A DNA stretch of 63,992 bases, filler included, from an uncultured Methanosarcinales archaeon (GTDB lineage: Archaea; Nanobdellota; Nanobdellia; Woesearchaeales; CAZKBD01), in assembly GCA_964550945.1 (NCBI GenBank). It is 5 parts of 5 records of this genome, joined end to end, with 100 filler letters (N's around TTAATTAATTAA, not from the genome) between each part and the next. Parts side by side here need not be neighbours in the genome. Positions count along the whole stretch, not along the records: positions 28,836 to 43,037 come from CAZKBD010000048.1; positions 43,138 to 56,815 come from CAZKBD010000049.1; 3 more parts are not named here. The stretch is one strand, 5' to 3'. The notes under the pieces are model-generated. The model worked only from the letters and a program-made list of their open reading frames with translations, was not told the DNA's origin and ran no database searches. The stretch's first letter is position 1. Each line of letters starts with the position of its first letter. Shown here piece after piece: positions 40,890-51,080 of the stretch. Both the position numbers and the translations under genes were made by a program.

Positions 40890-41741
40890 ATGGTAAACGA
40901 TTTTTATGGTGGGATGAAAGAAGCATGCACTCAGCTTGAGGAATTGCTAAACAGAACTAAGGCAGATTATATAGCTCAGCTGAAAAATTTAGATCCGGCA
41001 TTGATCCCTCTGGTTTATACACATTGCAGACACATAAAGATTACTGAATGCATGGAAAAGATGGTAATCTTTCCAAACCAAGCAATCAACTATCCGTTCT
41101 ATCTACATTCTCGTGAAGTATTGGCAGCTGGAACTAGGGTACCAATTCAAATTGAGAATGGGTATTTGGCCAAAATAACACCGATGTGCGAAGCAAGCAA
41201 TCCTTTCTGCTTTTGCAGAGAGTATCCTTCTGTTACCTTATTGGACAAAATGGGAGGCGAATATACTCAAACTCAAGAACGATTAGTTGCTTTACTTCGA
41301 GATTTCGGATTCATTGAAGAAAATGGGTTTAAAGTAGCGGATCATCACACAGTTGCAATTTCTACTGGTCCAGATGGAACAGTTAGAGTAACGGATCATG
41401 GTTCAAATGAGCTGAATTTTTATGAACATGGTTTTAAATGCACAATAACAGAGGACCTGACTAGAGGAGGTTATACTGTAGAAGATATCAGAGCAGATCA
41501 TTTTCATTTCCTACATAATGGATCTGAATTTTTAGAATCATATCTCAGTTATATGGGTAGACTAACTGCCTTTTTTCAGAATCCCAAAATTGCACCCAAG
41601 ATAGCAAGACATGAAAGCCGTCTTGCTGATGACGATTTGAAGATGGAGGAAGCGATTAGCAGAATGCTGCTTGCCCAAATTAGAGATGGAATAGGCTCAA
41701 TATTTATTGGCGACGTAAATAACATCTTAATTAGACCGTGA
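40890..41741 (+). CDS. Hypothetical protein, possibly kinase-like fold
   Basis: 283 aa; ITEDLTRGG and IGDVNNI segments align with the two downstream ORFs. Confidence 0.65.
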   Translation: MVNDFYGGMKEACTQLEELLNRTKADYIAQLKNLDPALIPLVYTHCRHIKITECMEKMVIFPNQAINYPFYLHSREVLAAGTRVPIQIENGYLAKITPMCEASNPFCFCREYPSVTLLDKMGGEYTQTQERLVALLRDFGFIEENGFKVADHHTVAISTGPDGTVRVTDHGSNELNFYEHGFKCTITEDLTRGGYTVEDIRADHFHFLHNGSEFLESYLSYMGRLTAFFQNPKIAPKIARHESRLADDDLKMEEAISRMLLAQIRDGIGSIFIGDVNNILIRP

Positions 41742-41745
41742 TAAA

Positions 41746-42420
41746 ATGATGCCGTTTGACGAAAAATACTCTGAAATCCATGCAAGGATACAGGAAGATA
41801 GAGATTTAGTTAGAATCCTTTTTGGGTTAGCAAGGGAAAAGGGGATTATTAACCCATTTGACGGAAAGGTTAAGGATGGGAACTTGATAAAACCCCCAAC
41901 TTATTTTCCTTGTGGTTCTATTGAGGGAATCTGTTTGGGGTTGAACCTAAACAGCGACCATGTCCTACTTAATTTTCCAAGAATTCTTGCAAACATGAGG
42001 CTGGTTTATGAAGTATCTGAAGGAAAAGCAGATTTATCAAAAGTATGCGCATTACTGGTTTCAGATGAAAAAGAGAGTTATTCAGAAATTGGATTAGTAA
42101 GTGAGGATATGTCTTGTGACGGGAGATATGGAGTTACAGATCTAGCAGGTATAAACTATGAATCAAGAGATTTAAATTGGTTATGGAACATATTTGATGA
42201 AGGAATGGATGGAATCTACAGAACATGTTTTCATGTTTTTGATCCTAATACTCCTGTGGCAAAAGGCATAGGTAGTTTATCAGAGCTTAGAAAACCTATT
42301 AGAACACCGATTGTAGACCTTGACCATCTTTCACAAATCAGTCCAAAATATCTGGAACTGCACAAACAATATTGCCAACAGTACGAAACAGACACCAGAT
42401 TTCGAATACGTGAGCTATGA
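41746..42420 (+). CDS. Hypothetical protein, tandem paralogue 1
   Basis: PFDEKY.EIHARIQEDRDLVR, VSEDM, PIVDLDHLS. Confidence 0.75.
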   Translation: MMPFDEKYSEIHARIQEDRDLVRILFGLAREKGIINPFDGKVKDGNLIKPPTYFPCGSIEGICLGLNLNSDHVLLNFPRILANMRLVYEVSEGKADLSKVCALLVSDEKESYSEIGLVSEDMSCDGRYGVTDLAGINYESRDLNWLWNIFDEGMDGIYRTCFHVFDPNTPVAKGIGSLSELRKPIRTPIVDLDHLSQISPKYLELHKQYCQQYETDTRFRIREL

Positions 42421-43037
42421 TACCCTTTGACGAAAAATATGGGGAAATCCATGCACGAATACAGGAAGATAGAGATTTAGTTAGAAGAATATATGACCTT
42501 GCAAGACAAATGGGACTAAGGGATAAAAACAAGAGAGTTGATCTTGGGCCTAACATTGTCGGTCCTCAACAGGTTTATTTTCAAATCGGTGAGGCTGGTG
42601 GCATACCAATAGGATTGGATATGAATGAAAATCATGCACCTATCTTTCATCAAATTCTTGCAAAGATGAGATTAATTTATGATCTTTCAGAAGGTACTGC
42701 AGATTTGTTAAGCGTCTATGCAGTATTAGATGGTAGGGCAGGGATTGTCAGTGAAGATGTAACCTGTGGTGATTCTCATATTATCATCCCTTTTACACAT
42801 ATATCCAATGTTAATCCTGTTATCCAAACTATTTTCTTCGATAGAACACTTTCTGTAGAAGATACTGACCTCAGTCTATCAACTTTTAAGGTGTATTTAG
42901 AAAATAAACTGAGGGGTCTAATAAGGTATCCAATAGTGGATCTGGATCATCTTTCATACATCAAACCTGAATACGTTGAATTATTTGGACAATACACTCG
43001 ACAATATCAAGACGACCAAAGATTCAGGATACGTGAA
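42417..43037 (+). CDS. Hypothetical protein, tandem paralogue 2 (reaches contig end)
   Basis: Same N- and C-terminal blocks as the preceding gene; ATGA overlap. Confidence 0.75.
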
Positions 43038-43137
43038 NNNNNNNNNNNNNNNNNNNNNNNNNNNNNNNNNNNNNNNNNNNNTTAATTAATTAANNNNNNN
43101 NNNNNNNNNNNNNNNNNNNNNNNNNNNNNNNNNNNNN
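43038..43137. other. Artificial contig linker
   Basis: N-run with TTAATTAATTAA. Confidence 0.97.
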
Positions 43138-43400
43138 GTAAGCATTAAATCATCAATCTCTTTAGTTGCGCCCTTTGGCATAGGTATCGTTTTGTTGACG
43201 CCAACAAAATGATCATAAACATTCTGCCCCGAATTCTTGCATGAAATTTTGGCTTTCTCTATCACACTGGCAAAATTTCTCCATTCTTCATAATCCAACA
43301 GTTTCTGCAAGTCTCTTGCAAGCCAATACTCAACGCCTTGCTCCCCATATGCCGACTCTTCAAAAGATTTCTTTAATTGCGCAATCAATTCTTTTTTCAT
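43138..43400 (-). CDS. dinD: DNA-damage-inducible DinD (Bro-N-like), truncated by contig end
   Basis: FEE.....GVEYWLARDLQ.LL.Y..WRNF..VI.KAK..C..SG....DHF....K.I.MPKGA..EIDD.ML. Confidence 0.8.
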
Positions 43401-43576
43401 TTTAAAATACGTTTTTTAATTTTTTATATTCAAAATTTATTTTTATCCTTTGATTTTGAATTTAGTGGTTAATAATCACCATTAATTTTAAAATTACAGT
43501 TGCTGTTTTTATTTTAAAATTAAACTTTAACTTCTGACTTTAAATTTTTATTGATAATCCATTATTATTTTGATTA

Positions 43577-46180
43577 TTATTCATTCCAGGGGCTTCTTTG
43601 GTCCAGGATCATCCATTCAGGCGTGGTGATTGCAGTGTATGATTCTCTTAATTCTTCGCTTACTGTAAAATTTTTAGGATAATTTACCTTCCAGATCTTC
43701 AATGGCCCCATCAGCCTGCCTCCATAAATAGCTAAATTATAAAGGTCGCTATCATCATAGGCTAACTCAAAGCCAGGGATATCCTCTTCAAACAAGAATA
43801 GCCTGGTCCACATTGCATCAAGGCCTTTTCTTGAAACGTATAATAAAGCGCCGTTCTCCTGCTGGTATCTCTGGTTTAGATAGTAAGGAAAAATCCTTAG
43901 GCAGCCTTTTAATCCGGATTCATTGAAAAATGTCTTTTTGCCATCATCATACATGCACTCAACTGGAACATCTGTTCTCTCGCCTTTATAATAGATTATT
44001 GCTTTTGGCTGCTTAATCTCCATTTCATAATCTGTTTCATAAACCGGCACTATAAACCCGGCTATTACGGTCTCTTTTTGCGGGAAAATCTTTTCTTTAT
44101 AGCTAAAGTCTTCGTCTAAAGCTGTTCCGCCTTGGAAAACATAATCTGTAAGGTTTCCTTCTTTGTAAGTTGACTGTGAATTCATCATATAAGTCCCGAT
44201 CCATGAGAATGTATCATAGTTAGAATCTGAGCCAATGCTTGAGTAAGCAGCATATTTGCCAATCTCATCTGAGATTATTAATAGATGGGTTACGTTATGG
44301 ACATACATAAATTCAAAAGCTTCAGTAGAATTTTTTCCTGCTAAAACATGCCTTGCCATCAGATGGTTCCAGTAGCCAATATAGTTTCCTCCGTCTAAAA
44401 CAGTGGCCCTTTCTCCTAATGTCTGCACTGCATATCCATAATCCCACCAATGGGCAAATACTGCGTTTTTTTGTGTTTTTTCTCTAACCCATGCCATTGC
44501 ATCCTGCCATTGCTTGTCTGTGCTTGAGCCAGTATAGTATGCTTGTGTTAGGCTAGTTTTTGCAAATACAAAATAAATAGGGACTGAAATAAGGATGATG
44601 AGGCATACAACAACAACTTTGTAAAATAAATCCTTGAATTTTATTGCTTTTTCAAATAAGTATGATACTAAAAAAGCTGCCATCACTGCTGTGATTGGAG
44701 CAAGGACAAAGAGCAATCTTATGCCTCCTCGTGCAGTAATAACCAATATAACAAACCAGGCAAATACAAAAAGATAGTTATTGCTTAACTCTTTTATTGA
44801 ATTGTATGCGCCCTTATTCTTGTAGTAAAAATATATAAGAGAATAGAATATTATTGCTGCAAAAGCGATCAAAGAGCCAAAAAACAATATTTGCGAGATA
44901 GCATTATCTCCATTAAACAGGGAATATTGAGATATCCTGCTGAAAATATAGCCGCTTAAGAAGAATGCATAAGCTAATGTTAAAGACTTTCGCCATTTGC
45001 CTATTGGCTCAGTTAATAAATAAAACATCACAATAGAGCCAAAAAAGAAAATCCAGAAATATGACAAGCCAAAAGTGTCTGTCCAATCGGTAAAATAAGG
45101 CTGCTTTGACTCTGCGACAGTCAACATTACCCTGCTTCTTCCCATTGGGTTAACCATCTGCTCTTTAACTTCATTGAATTGCTCAAAGACAAAACTAGGC
45201 ATGATCAACAAGCCAAGAATCAAAGCGATAATCAGAATTGATGCTATTGAAAGCAGATTTGTTGGGAAATTTATTTTTAGCTTTATTTTATCCAAAAGGA
45301 TTTTGCCTATAAAAAAGGCCAAGATCATTAAAGGAATCGCAAAATAGATTGATTTGACAATCTCAATAAAACCCCCATATTTTTGCGTCAGGAAAGATAA
45401 AATGAAGATTAGTGTGAAAAGCCAAGTTGCGTAATTGTAGGCATCCTTTTTTTCAAATTTGTTTATCACAAAAAGGACAATATTAAATAATGCTATTATC
45501 AAAAGCGCAAACTTAAATCCTCCCCAGGCTAAGCCCATCAAGCTAGTGGTTATTCCGGCTGCAAATGCGAACAAAAGATCGTATTTTTTTGCCTGCCATG
45601 CCTTAACATAAAGATAGAATGTAACGAAAAGCAAGAATAATGCCAATGATTCCTTATCAGAAAATCCTGCAATTGACCTGTAAAGGTAAGCTGGCGTCAC
45701 TGCTAAAATTGCAGCTGCTATCAATGCTATTTTTTCATTAAACAAGGCTTTGACAAGAAAAAAGAAGACTATAAGGCCTAAAACAAAGAAGATTACTGGA
45801 TAAATGATATCTGTCTTTTCTAGCGTCAGATTTGGGAAAAAGATAATCAAAAATTTATGCAGGTATACGATAACATAACTTAGAAAGACGTTTTCTGTGC
45901 TAGGATCGTGGCCTAAAGGGACATACCTCATATTATCCCAAGCCATCAATGAGCCATGATTCAGGATGTGTTTAGCAATCCTCATGAAATAATAGCTGTC
46001 TAATTCTATCAGATATTTTCCCTCAAGCAGAGGAAGGTTTCTTGTCCTGATAAAAGCCCCAAACCAGAGTATAGCAACTAATAAAGGATAGATTAAAAAT
46101 CTAATTTTGAATTTTTTAATCCAGCTTTTAATCCAGCCAACTAATTTTGCCCTTCTTTGGTCTAAAACAGCGTCTACCAT
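43577..46180 (-). CDS. aglB: Oligosaccharyltransferase (STT3/AglB)
   Basis: ELDSYY, AGFSDKE, TVAE, WWDYG; about 13 TMs. Confidence 0.93.
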   Translation of the reverse strand: MVDAVLDQRRAKLVGWIKSWIKKFKIRFLIYPLLVAILWFGAFIRTRNLPLLEGKYLIELDSYYFMRIAKHILNHGSLMAWDNMRYVPLGHDPSTENVFLSYVIVYLHKFLIIFFPNLTLEKTDIIYPVIFFVLGLIVFFFLVKALFNEKIALIAAAILAVTPAYLYRSIAGFSDKESLALFLLFVTFYLYVKAWQAKKYDLLFAFAAGITTSLMGLAWGGFKFALLIIALFNIVLFVINKFEKKDAYNYATWLFTLIFILSFLTQKYGGFIEIVKSIYFAIPLMILAFFIGKILLDKIKLKINFPTNLLSIASILIIALILGLLIMPSFVFEQFNEVKEQMVNPMGRSRVMLTVAESKQPYFTDWTDTFGLSYFWIFFFGSIVMFYLLTEPIGKWRKSLTLAYAFFLSGYIFSRISQYSLFNGDNAISQILFFGSLIAFAAIIFYSLIYFYYKNKGAYNSIKELSNNYLFVFAWFVILVITARGGIRLLFVLAPITAVMAAFLVSYLFEKAIKFKDLFYKVVVVCLIILISVPIYFVFAKTSLTQAYYTGSSTDKQWQDAMAWVREKTQKNAVFAHWWDYGYAVQTLGERATVLDGGNYIGYWNHLMARHVLAGKNSTEAFEFMYVHNVTHLLIISDEIGKYAAYSSIGSDSNYDTFSWIGTYMMNSQSTYKEGNLTDYVFQGGTALDEDFSYKEKIFPQKETVIAGFIVPVYETDYEMEIKQPKAIIYYKGERTDVPVECMYDDGKKTFFNESGLKGCLRIFPYYLNQRYQQENGALLYVSRKGLDAMWTRLFLFEEDIPGFELAYDDSDLYNLAIYGGRLMGPLKIWKVNYPKNFTVSEELRESYTAITTPEWMILDQRSPWNE

Positions 46181-46218
46181 GTCCTATTCAGAATAAAGGA
46201 ACTTATTTATAAAGGTTA

Positions 46219-48054
46219 TCAAGTTACAACAAAATTAGCGTCATTTGAAGAGGCTTTCCTGCCTTTGTCGTCTGTTGCTTCTATAAACAATGAGTGGCTG
46301 CCTTGTTCAAGGTTTTTTAGATGAATAACATTCTCTGCCCCAACAACCGCTTCTCCAGAGCCTTTTTCAACATTATCCACAAAAACCCCATAATTGACAT
46401 TTTTTGCTTCAAAATGGCTGACAGTAAACCTAACCTCTATTTCGTTAGTTGACGTTATGTCACCTTTATTGGGGCTTGTTATATCTATTCCAAAGTTTAC
46501 TGTCCCATCAACATGAAAGTCAACTGCATCTGAAACGCCGTCAACAAAATCGCCTTTTGCCTCGATATACATATTGTAATCACCATTATCTAAGGTTATT
46601 CTTTCTTCAGTTAATTTGCCTGATGCCGCTGTCCCTTCAATCCCTTTGCCGCCATTTATGTAAACTTGATAGTCAACTGCCGGGCTATAATTGTATTTGA
46701 TAATAAACTTTATATCAAATTCGTTCTGCCAGAACCACTGCCCGTCTTTTACTTTTAGATCAATCTTTGGGATTAAGTCGGCTTCTTCTTTCTTTTTTCT
46801 ATCATTATACTCTTCAAAGGTGTTGGCAACATTGCATACATCAAAAATAGCTTCATTGAGAGTAAATGGGCTGTCAAAGAAATAAACTGTTTCAGGGCTT
46901 AATGTGAATATATTCCCTTCGCTGGTTGAGAATCTTCTGCATTTTTTTTCGCTATAATCGAATATTATCGCTAAATCCTCTGCTTTATCAAAAAACTTGC
47001 ACTCTGATTTAATTGCGCTTAAAGCATCTGAACCAAGCGTAAAGTCTTCCTCAATAATATAATAGTTTACCTGGTCAAACTTCTCTCTAAAGGGGGATAT
47101 GACTGCAAAATTATTGAAGTTGTTGTTTACATCAATCTTTAACCTATCAACCCCCCATTTTCTTTTATATTGGTTGCCAAGGAATATTATGTCTCTTTTC
47201 TTGCTGCTGTCCCACATTGTAAGGGGTATGCAATTAGAGTTAATGGATACTACAAAGCTGGATATCCTCTCTTTTAGGTTAATTGTTCCATCTTTCTTTA
47301 CGATGGCTGCATCTATTGATATTTTTCTTAAGCCACTGGCTCCTGTTAATGAAGAGCTGTCCCATTTATTTCCATATATCCCGTCTTCATTATTTGCATC
47401 ATCATGATTCCCATCATCATAAAGCGCTAATGTTGCGGCTGTTGAATTGTTGTCTTTTAAAGTTATTTCAACATCACTTATTTCTGAAGGCTCGTCTATC
47501 ACATATTTGATATAGAATAGGGTTCCTTTAGCACCGGCTATTGGTTCAACTAATACATATCTTAATCCGTAAGGGTCATCAGGATCGAATACCATATTGC
47601 CATTATCTAATCTGGCTCCAGAAGCGCCCTCAAATACATCCTGTATGCTGGCATCAACATTAACCCTTATCCCTGTATCTTGCCTTACCAAAAAAGATGG
47701 TGTGGGTATTACGCATTTTGGCACTTCAGGGCATTCTTTTTTTATGAATTTATAGCCATACGCCTCGCAATTTGACATTAGATAATTGCTTAAGCAATAT
47801 CCTTCCTTGTCAATGCAGCAGCCAATATTGCATTTATCAATCTTATCGCAGCTGGTTGCATCATGGAAAACCCCTTCATAGCATTTCTGCTTTGTTGTCT
47901 CTTCGCAGAATCTTTCGCAGCATCCTGAGCCTGATCCAGTTGCCATTCCTGTTATGCTGCTAGGCCGCTTAGTTTTGTCAATAAATGACATGCCTAGGCT
48001 TAGGATTAGGACAATAAAAAAAGCTATGATTGCATATTTAATATTCTTTTTCAT
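46219..48054 (-). CDS. Membrane-anchored Cys-rich surface protein with Ig-like domains
   Basis: N-terminal TM then SITGMAT; GCC...C repeats; LYDDGNHDD...DGIYG motif; an M64-peptidase-like segment without HExxH. Confidence 0.75.
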   Translation of the reverse strand: MKKNIKYAIIAFFIVLILSLGMSFIDKTKRPSSITGMATGSGSGCCERFCEETTKQKCYEGVFHDATSCDKIDKCNIGCCIDKEGYCLSNYLMSNCEAYGYKFIKKECPEVPKCVIPTPSFLVRQDTGIRVNVDASIQDVFEGASGARLDNGNMVFDPDDPYGLRYVLVEPIAGAKGTLFYIKYVIDEPSEISDVEITLKDNNSTAATLALYDDGNHDDANNEDGIYGNKWDSSSLTGASGLRKISIDAAIVKKDGTINLKERISSFVVSINSNCIPLTMWDSSKKRDIIFLGNQYKRKWGVDRLKIDVNNNFNNFAVISPFREKFDQVNYYIIEEDFTLGSDALSAIKSECKFFDKAEDLAIIFDYSEKKCRRFSTSEGNIFTLSPETVYFFDSPFTLNEAIFDVCNVANTFEEYNDRKKKEEADLIPKIDLKVKDGQWFWQNEFDIKFIIKYNYSPAVDYQVYINGGKGIEGTAASGKLTEERITLDNGDYNMYIEAKGDFVDGVSDAVDFHVDGTVNFGIDITSPNKGDITSTNEIEVRFTVSHFEAKNVNYGVFVDNVEKGSGEAVVGAENVIHLKNLEQGSHSLFIEATDDKGRKASSNDANFVVT

Positions 48055-48055
48055 T

Positions 48056-50281
48056 TTATTTGTAGGTTACAGTGCATGTTATACTGCACTTTTGGCAGAT
48101 TAGATTTGTAAGCACGTCGCATTTTTTTACCTTAGCGCAAACGCTATAAGTATGGCCTCCCTGAAGCAATTTTTTGCTTGCAGGCTGAAACATAGTGACC
48201 AATGAATTTAGAGGAGTTATTGTATCCCTAAGAGCAGTTAAAAAATCAGGCTGCTCTCTTAATCCCAGCTCATCTGGATCATTAATAATGCTTCCAGTGT
48301 CATTATAACTAGCTAAATATGATTTAGCGCCGCCTCCTTCATCAGACAAAGACTGTATGAGATTAGGAATGCTGATTACTAATGCAGTAATATCCCCTAT
48401 TGCATCTATGATGGTCTGGATGGTATTAGTAATAGGGTCTGCTGGCGCGATAGTGCATGATCCTGTTCCCTTGTCCTCTTCTTTTTCAAGCTCCACTTTT
48501 CCATCACATGAAGGAGTAAATTCTACACAATCTTTATCAGCGCTACCTCCTGCCAGAATACCTCCACCAGCTCCTACTCCTGTAGCTATTCCAGCTCCAA
48601 CATTACCTCCTGCCAAAATAGGCAGCCCACCTACACCTAACGAAAGAACACCAAAAGTCCAGAGCCCTGTAACGAGCAAAACCAAAGCTAAAAAGCAAGG
48701 CCATTCTGGCGTAAGCGTGCTCGTTGTTTTAGTGCTTATAGTGCTTTGCACTCCACAATCAAGCAATGTATAGCTTGTAAAGCCATTCAGCTCTGTCCAG
48801 CAATAATTTTGAGAGTAAACTGGATTTGAATCAATCGCTTTCCATGGATTATCTCCGTGCTTTGCTAATATGCCGGTAGGCCCCATCATTGGGCTGTAAT
48901 CTCCATCCCAGTGAAGGTTTAATCTCATCGGCCTTGTTGCAATAGTCCCTGTTGGCTCGATATTATACACTGGATGAGTCAGTATTCTTATGGCGCTGGA
49001 GTCAAAACCCTGCATTAATCCTGTATCGCCGTCATGGGACTGTGTCGCCCTATACGGCACTGCAGCAGACTGTTCATAGCTTTGCTGAATTGTTATCTCG
49101 CAGGCTCCTTTGGGCATATAGAGATAAGTCATTGGCCTGATAAATAATTCAGCATCCCTGTCAGCAGAGTAGATAACTATGGGAGCATAGTTAGGTATAA
49201 AATAACAGTTTGGCTGTAAATCAACTGATCTTGTCAGAGTAGAAGGGCCATTCTTAAATGCAAACCTAAATGTATAATTATTCTCACCAAAAACATAGTT
49301 TTGCTTGTCTTCTATCCTGTAAACTATATATTTGCCGTCTGATGTTGGCTCTGTGCTGACTGTAAAGTCTGCTGTATTAACTCCTTCTAATGGCTTGTTA
49401 TGGTCAAAATCCGGATCAAAGAACTTATTTTCGTATTTTGATGCCAGCTCCCATATTTTCCTGAATCTTATATCATATCTTATGATAAACTCATCATAAC
49501 TTTGCTCAACCTCTTTGTATTTTATCAGGACAGGGAAAAATACCCTTAGGGTTGCATCGTCTATTCCGTATGTCACCTCAGAGCTAACACTGCCATAAGT
49601 TATAGAAAAGCCTTCTTCTGAGCTGTATTGCGAAAAGGTTAGGCAATCTTTTAGGTGATTGTTCACATAAGAGGTCAATCTTGTCCTGGTTTCATTTAAC
49701 AAAGGCTGTATATTTTTTTCATTCAGATACCAGAATGAGGTATCCTGGTATTTTATGTAATCAGGAATATCAATATACCCTCCTTGCAGCCCTATTTTTT
49801 TAAACCCCTCGTAGCCTACTCGGTCAATACAATTCTCAATATAGATCCTGACAGGAGTTATTTTAGTGTCCACTATCTGAGTTTTGTACATCTCAGTTGC
49901 AGCCATCTCTTTGGACATTGCATAGATATAGATTGTGACTCCAATTGCAGTAAGAATTATTATTCCATAGATGATAAACAGGGCTATTTGGCTTTTTTTA
50001 TTTTCAAACCTGAATAACAACCCCAATAACACCAAACAAATCAGATATATCAAGTAAACATAAGAAAAACCATGGTGTTTGTTATCAACATCGTTATCTA
50101 AAGGCGTAACTTTTGAAGATAGTCCGTTTTCGATTAAATTTTCACTCTTAAGCTCGCTTGAGACCAAGGATGCCTCCCAGGATAATCTATCAGCAGCATA
50201 GACAGGGATCATGACTATATTCAGGATTACCCAAATCGAGACAAACCTGTTCGCTATCCGGGTTATCTCATTTATTGCCAT
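48056..50281 (-). CDS. Surface protein with shared leader and internal prepilin-like KKSQ|IALF site
   Basis: See findings; Y.ENC....IGLQGGY block follows the pilin-like helix. Confidence 0.75.
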   Translation of the reverse strand: MAINEITRIANRFVSIWVILNIVMIPVYAADRLSWEASLVSSELKSENLIENGLSSKVTPLDNDVDNKHHGFSYVYLIYLICLVLLGLLFRFENKKSQIALFIIYGIIILTAIGVTIYIYAMSKEMAATEMYKTQIVDTKITPVRIYIENCIDRVGYEGFKKIGLQGGYIDIPDYIKYQDTSFWYLNEKNIQPLLNETRTRLTSYVNNHLKDCLTFSQYSSEEGFSITYGSVSSEVTYGIDDATLRVFFPVLIKYKEVEQSYDEFIIRYDIRFRKIWELASKYENKFFDPDFDHNKPLEGVNTADFTVSTEPTSDGKYIVYRIEDKQNYVFGENNYTFRFAFKNGPSTLTRSVDLQPNCYFIPNYAPIVIYSADRDAELFIRPMTYLYMPKGACEITIQQSYEQSAAVPYRATQSHDGDTGLMQGFDSSAIRILTHPVYNIEPTGTIATRPMRLNLHWDGDYSPMMGPTGILAKHGDNPWKAIDSNPVYSQNYCWTELNGFTSYTLLDCGVQSTISTKTTSTLTPEWPCFLALVLLVTGLWTFGVLSLGVGGLPILAGGNVGAGIATGVGAGGGILAGGSADKDCVEFTPSCDGKVELEKEEDKGTGSCTIAPADPITNTIQTIIDAIGDITALVISIPNLIQSLSDEGGGAKSYLASYNDTGSIINDPDELGLREQPDFLTALRDTITPLNSLVTMFQPASKKLLQGGHTYSVCAKVKKCDVLTNLICQKCSITCTVTYK

Positions 50282-50480
50282 TCTTTTTGCCTATCTCAAT
50301 TTTTCCTTGTTCATTTAGCTTAAAACAGAGGATTGTTCCTTTAGCTATTCCAGTCAAGCTAGCTAATCCCTTTGGAAATGTCATAATCAATTGAGAATTA
50401 TTTAATTCCTGGACCTTAACTTCATTTGGCCCAAGCCTTTTTCCTTTTATTCCCTTTGGATTTATTTTTTTGTTTACCAT
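50268..50480 (-). CDS. AbrB/MazE-like small DNA-binding protein
   Basis: VKVQELNNSQLIMTFPKGLASLTGIAKGTILCF; overlaps the downstream start. Confidence 0.72.
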   Translation of the reverse strand: MVNKKINPKGIKGKRLGPNEVKVQELNNSQLIMTFPKGLASLTGIAKGTILCFKLNEQGKIEIGKKNGNK

Positions 50481-50703
50481 TAATATTAATCTTATTATTA
50501 GGTTAAATAATAATGTTATTATTATGTTGAATAATGGGGTTATTATTATATCAACTAATAATACTATTATTATGATTAATATTAAGAATATTTAAATGTT
50601 TCTGTTTAAACACGCAATTTACTAATTTCCTAATCTAAGATTCACTTGAGCGCGCAAAAGAATTTGTCATTGAGATGAAAAAATTAGTTGCTTATGTTTG
50701 AGT

Positions 50704-50940
50704 TATACTCACTCGCATAAATAATTGAGCGATATCACAGAAATCCTACCACTCTGGACTATAGTCCAGAGTTTGCTCGCAACTTCGTTGCTCGGGTCGG
50801 ATTTCTGGGATACCAGAAAAAGATAACTCCGTTTTACTCTCCGCACTATCGTACGGAGTTATCTTTTTCTTAGTATATGCTCGTTCGTAATAGCAAAGAA
50901 CCCACTATGCATTGCTCAATTATTGGTGTTCTTTGCTATA
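50704..50940. mobile_element. Composite nested hairpin (MITE-like) element, long copy
   Basis: Shares flanks with 55124-55216; carries two inserted TA-ended inverted repeats. Confidence 0.65.
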
Positions 50941-51080
50941 TAATGGATTATATTGAGAATAATCGAATGCTCTTATTGCAGCTAACTAGCACTAATACAC
51001 CCCAAAGCCTACACATTGTGATGTTGTGATTCCTCCTTTTGGAGGCGCTGGCGGAGATGGAAGAGCCTTTGCCGCCTAAC

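Noticed and set aside
43401..43576. Degenerate TTTTRAA heptamer-like periodicity
   Set aside because: Too low in complexity to distinguish from ordinary AT-rich intergenic DNA.
50704..50940. CRISPR array
   Set aside because: No regularly spaced direct repeats with unique spacers and no cas genes; the structures are inverted repeats.
51045..51080. Fluoride riboswitch (GGAGATGG)
   Set aside because: The downstream TCC/GCC pairing and the GATGA...CTAC pseudoknot part are absent, and no suitable gene follows on that strand.
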